Shown: positions 1 to 1,637 of the stretch, piece after piece | Numbering within the stretch: the first letter of the stretch is position 1 | Layout: each line of letters opens with the position of its first letter | DNA from: Naegleria gruberi | Taxonomy: Eukaryota | DNA: 1,637 nucleotides | Assembly: GCA_000004985.1 (NCBI GenBank) | Contig: GG739361.1 | Reading direction: 5' to 3' (one strand) | Position numbers and translations under genes: made by a program | The notes under the pieces: generated by a model | The model's input: the letters and a program-made list of their open reading frames with translations, nothing else | Database searches by the model: none | What the model was told of the DNA's origin: nothing

Positions 1-945
1 TTTAGTTTTCACTGATTCTTGATCAAAATATTTAACTCCAAAACTGTGACAATAAGACAAACTCACTGTCTTATTTGTAATTTTTGTGATAGCTCCATGG
101 ATTGTCTTATCTGAAATTTGCTTTTTAGCATCTCTTTGGGATCTAATATCAGTAATTACAGAAACAATTTCATCACTTGTTAATTTTAGAGATTTTCTAC
201 CTCTTGCTAATGTTTCTTTTCCAGTCAAACTACCATTATCAAATTGTTTCAATAATCTTCCTAACTGATCAAGGGTAATCTTATTTTGCTTGCAATATAC
301 TGATTTAGATCCATACTCTCTTTTTGGATACTTTGTGGTGTATTGTATGGCATGTGTATACATTTCTTCTCGTGTTAGTTGTTTGTAAGAGGTAACCTGT
401 TTATTGTTGAAAGATAAAACAGGCATCACTTTAGTATTTGATGATGAAGTGCCAGTATCTGACGAATTGTTGGTAATTTCCTTTTGTTTGATGGTCCATT
501 CATAAATCAAAATATCAGCTTTTTGCATAATATTGTCCTTCGGAGATGGTGATGAAGAAAATAATTTAGAAATAATTTCTTGTACCATTGTTTCTTTAGA
601 TGATGATAATCCAAGTGTAACTTTAAATTCTTCTTTCAATAAATCTCTCAAGATTCTATTTGATAATAACCGTAACTTTGTTGATAATTTCTTGCATGCT
701 GCATCATAGGCTTCGAATGATGAAGTAACTGTTTGTGTGACATCTTGGGTGCCATTTTTTTGAGTTGTTTGAGTTAAGGAGCTTCTTTCATCCGGAGATT
801 TTTCTTGTCTTGCATATTGAGTTGTTGATGTTGCCCAATCATTGAATTCTAAAGAGTCCAGCTTTTCAATATCAGTTGAAGAAACTGTTTTTGGTGCTGT
901 GTTGTGTGTGGTTGAGAGTTTAATGGCCTTTCTAATTCTTCTCAT
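1..945 (-). CDS. 3'-truncated protein-coding gene (315 codons in window). Hypothetical protein with a Ser/Thr-rich low-complexity N-terminal half and a basic, helix-rich C-terminal segment. First ATG is at 945..943 and the frame stays open to position 1. Translation begins MRRIRKAIKLSTTHNTAPKTVSSTDIEKLDSLEFNDWATSTTQYARQEKSPDERSSLTQTTQKNGTQDV... and ends ...YCKQNKITLDQLGRLLKQFDNGSLTGKETLARGRKSLKLTSDEIVSVITDIRSQRDAKKQISDKTIHGAITKITNKTVSLSYCHSFGVKYFDQESVKTK (continues beyond window)
   Basis: I translated the minus strand by hand in the frame whose + strand codons start at 1,4,7... No + strand TTA/CTA/TCA triplet (a minus-strand stop) occurs in that frame from 1 to 1068, which is 356 consecutive sense codons. 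The first minus-strand stop (+ TTA) is at 1069-1071. For ~32% GC DNA this is very unlikely by chance. Codon usage is typical yeast: AGA Arg, TTA/TTG Leu, CAA Gln, GAA Glu, TCA/TCT Ser. The ATG at 945 is preceded on the minus strand by AAAAAAAAACAAT, giving A at -3 in an A-rich leader, which is the yeast start context. It is absent from the ORF track presumably because it has no in-window stop. Confidence 0.72.
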   Translation of the reverse strand, partial: MRRIRKAIKLSTTHNTAPKTVSSTDIEKLDSLEFNDWATSTTQYARQEKSPDERSSLTQTTQKNGTQDVTQTVTSSFEAYDAACKKLSTKLRLLSNRILRDLLKEEFKVTLGLSSSKETMVQEIISKLFSSSPSPKDNIMQKADILIYEWTIKQKEITNNSSDTGTSSSNTKVMPVLSFNNKQVTSYKQLTREEMYTHAIQYTTKYPKREYGSKSVYCKQNKITLDQLGRLLKQFDNGSLTGKETLARGRKSLKLTSDEIVSVITDIRSQRDAKKQISDKTIHGAITKITNKTVSLSYCHSFGVKYFDQESVKTK

Positions 946-1108
946 ATTGTTTTTTTTTGAATTGATTATGTTGATTTCGATCTTGTGCTTTTTATCGGAA
1001 AGGTTCAATTTCGTTTTCAAATTCGAACTGGAAAATCCATAAAAATCAAGAATTGTAAAGTCCTTTAATTACGTTTTTATTAAAAAATAAAATTTATTCT
1101 AACCGCGA

Positions 1109-1120
1109 AACTCGCGAGTT
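1109..1120. promoter_or_regulatory. 12-bp perfect palindrome AACTCGCGAGTT overlapping a CGCGAAA motif (1104-1110). Candidate dimeric transcription-factor site, MCB/SCB-like (MBF/SBF G1/S type) CGCG element
   Basis: Seen directly: aaccgcgaaaCTCGCGAGtt. AACTCGCGAGTT equals its own reverse complement. It is the only CpG-dense patch in an otherwise very AT-rich intergenic region. CGCGAAA matches the Swi4/Mbp1-type core CGCGAAA (SCB CRCGAAA / MCB ACGCGT family) known from S. cerevisiae. The functional assignment is inference. Confidence 0.3.
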
Positions 1121-1184
1121 GTTGTGTGATAATTCGTACTTTGTTGTGTAGCAATTCGTGGTTTGTTGTGTGATAATTCGTACT
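1119..1184. repeat. Tandem direct repeat, 3 copies of a 22-bp unit. Copy 1 is 1119-1140 TTGTTGTGTGATAATTCGTACT, copy 2 is 1141-1162 TTGTTGTGTAGCAATTCGTGGT, copy 3 is 1163-1184 TTGTTGTGTGATAATTCGTACT. Copies 1 and 3 are identical (the identity extends 2 bp further to 1186). Copy 2 differs at 5/22 positions
   Basis: Direct alignment of the sequence. The conserved cores are TTGTTGTGT and AATTCGT. Copies 1 and 3 each carry a GATAA core (TGATAATT). The array lies 174-241 bp upstream of the minus-strand ATG. Confidence 0.9.
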
Positions 1185-1591
1185 TTATTAAAAATTAACA
1201 GTAATTAAATTTTTCTTCTTTGATTCAGCTCCGATGTATTTTTATTGATTAAATCTACCTAAAACATTCAGGCAGCAGCCAAACAATAATAAAAAATGTA
1301 CAACATTTTCCTACACTGTGTTGGCATTATTTCCTTGATGAATTATTACACACTCTAAGGCTGATATTTACATGGTATCGGAGGAAAGATATTTTGTTCT
1401 TTATTCCTCATAACATTTAGCCAAAACAATATAGAATCATAAGCTATTGTTGTTACTAACAAAAAACAATTCATACCAACTCTCTCGATTGTTGAATATT
1501 CCAAGATGATTCACTGAAGTTTACCATCTTCTCAATGTCATCATCCATATTCACTGCCAACTATTATCAGCTGTAGAACTTTCAGAAAAAA

Positions 1592-1637
1592 ATGGTCATT
1601 CGTACAGAATCTTCAACGTCTCTGTCGAGTGTATTAC
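1592..1637 (+). CDS. Possible 5' end of a divergently transcribed gene (MVIRTESSTSLSSVL..., 15 codons, runs off the window)
   Basis: The ATG at 1592 is the first ATG after an in-frame TAG (1574-1576). It is preceded by CAGAAAAAAATGG (A at -3, A-rich leader), a good yeast initiation context. The frame is open to the window end. It is too short to assess coding statistics. Confidence 0.2.
   Translation, partial: MVIRTESSTSLSSVL

Larger units (their letters stand above)
946..1591. promoter_or_regulatory. Intergenic region, probable (divergent) promoter for the minus-strand gene and possibly for a + strand gene starting at 1592. It contains an A/T-tract-rich patch, a GC palindrome and a tandem repeat array
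   Basis: No ORF of meaningful length with an ATG start on either strand. AT-rich with homopolymer A/T runs (1071-1100 acgtttttattaaaaaataaaatttattc), which typically exclude nucleosomes in yeast promoters. It lies directly upstream of the ATG at 945 on the minus strand. Discrete motifs sit 160-240 bp upstream of that ATG, the usual UAS position in yeast. Confidence 0.45.

Noticed and set aside
86-268. Listed + strand ORF (60 aa)
   Set aside because: It lies entirely antisense within the long stop-free minus-strand frame. It is short, has no recognisable motif or start context, and its frame coexists with the real gene by chance. It is best explained as a shadow ORF.
990-1005. CDEIII-like TTCCGAT (point-centromere CCG core) on the minus strand
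   Set aside because: It deviates from TTCCGAA. There is no CDEI (RTCACRTG) at the required ~80-90 bp spacing and no >90% AT CDEII of ~80 bp. It lies in the leader immediately upstream of a gene's ATG.
1018-1032. tRNA T-loop-like GTTCGAAT (minus strand of aaattcgaactgg)
   Set aside because: The flanking sequence does not form a T-stem (TCCAG vs TTGAA pairs poorly). There is no acceptor or anticodon arm arrangement. The match is confined to a 7-8 nt motif.
842-1042. Listed + strand ORF (66 aa)
   Set aside because: It is antisense to the 5' end and leader of the minus-strand gene. The translation is hydrophobic, low-complexity and poly-F/L-rich, as expected from the reverse complement of A-rich yeast coding and leader sequence. 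There is no supporting signal.
1101-1186. Transposon terminal/subterminal repeats or a CRISPR-like array
   Set aside because: There are only three direct copies with no spacers, and no inverted partner or target-site duplication in the window. The ORF shows no transposase catalytic motif, and the context is eukaryotic yeast-like. A promoter tandem repeat is the simpler explanation.
1071-1250. ARS consensus (WTTTAYRTTTW) or origin in the AT-rich intergenic DNA
   Set aside because: Several near-matches (e.g. around 1074-1100 and 1240-1250) but no 11/11 match on either strand in my reading. I cannot support an origin call without a scan.
1297-1359. Short + strand ORF MYNIFLHCVGIISLMNYYTL (20 codons)
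   Set aside because: It is too short and hydrophobic, has no context support, and is at most a uORF of no demonstrable significance.
1336-1364. C/D-box snoRNA-like TGATGA ... CTGA
   Set aside because: The C-box lacks the 5' purine (UUGAUGA). The boxes are only ~20 nt apart. A more distant CTGA at 1513-1516 gives no terminal stem between the flanks (tttcc vs agttt).

Overview
AT-rich (~32% GC) window that reads as nuclear DNA from a budding-yeast-like fungus (Saccharomycetes, Candida-like codon usage). Nothing in it looks prokaryotic, viral or organellar. The main feature is missing from the supplied ORF track: a long minus-strand reading frame that is stop-free from 1068 down to the window edge at position 1. 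It has a good-context ATG at 945..943, giving 315 codons in the window. It encodes a Ser/Thr-rich, low-complexity N-terminal half and a basic, helix-rich C-terminal segment. The track omits it only because it runs off the 5' edge of the window. The two ORFs listed on the + strand lie antisense inside this gene and are almost certainly spurious. The remaining ~650 bp (946-1591) have no ORF and look like a yeast intergenic/divergent promoter. It contains an A/T homopolymer-rich patch (1071-1100), a GC-rich 12-bp perfect palindrome AACTCGCGAGTT next to a CGCGAAA motif (1104-1120), and three tandem copies of a 22-bp unit (1119-1184, outer copies identical). A possible second gene starts at ATG 1592 on the + strand and runs off the right edge (15 codons visible). 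I see no evidence of a multi-gene system (defence island, mobile element, CRISPR) here. The regulatory architecture of the intergenic region is the most interesting part.
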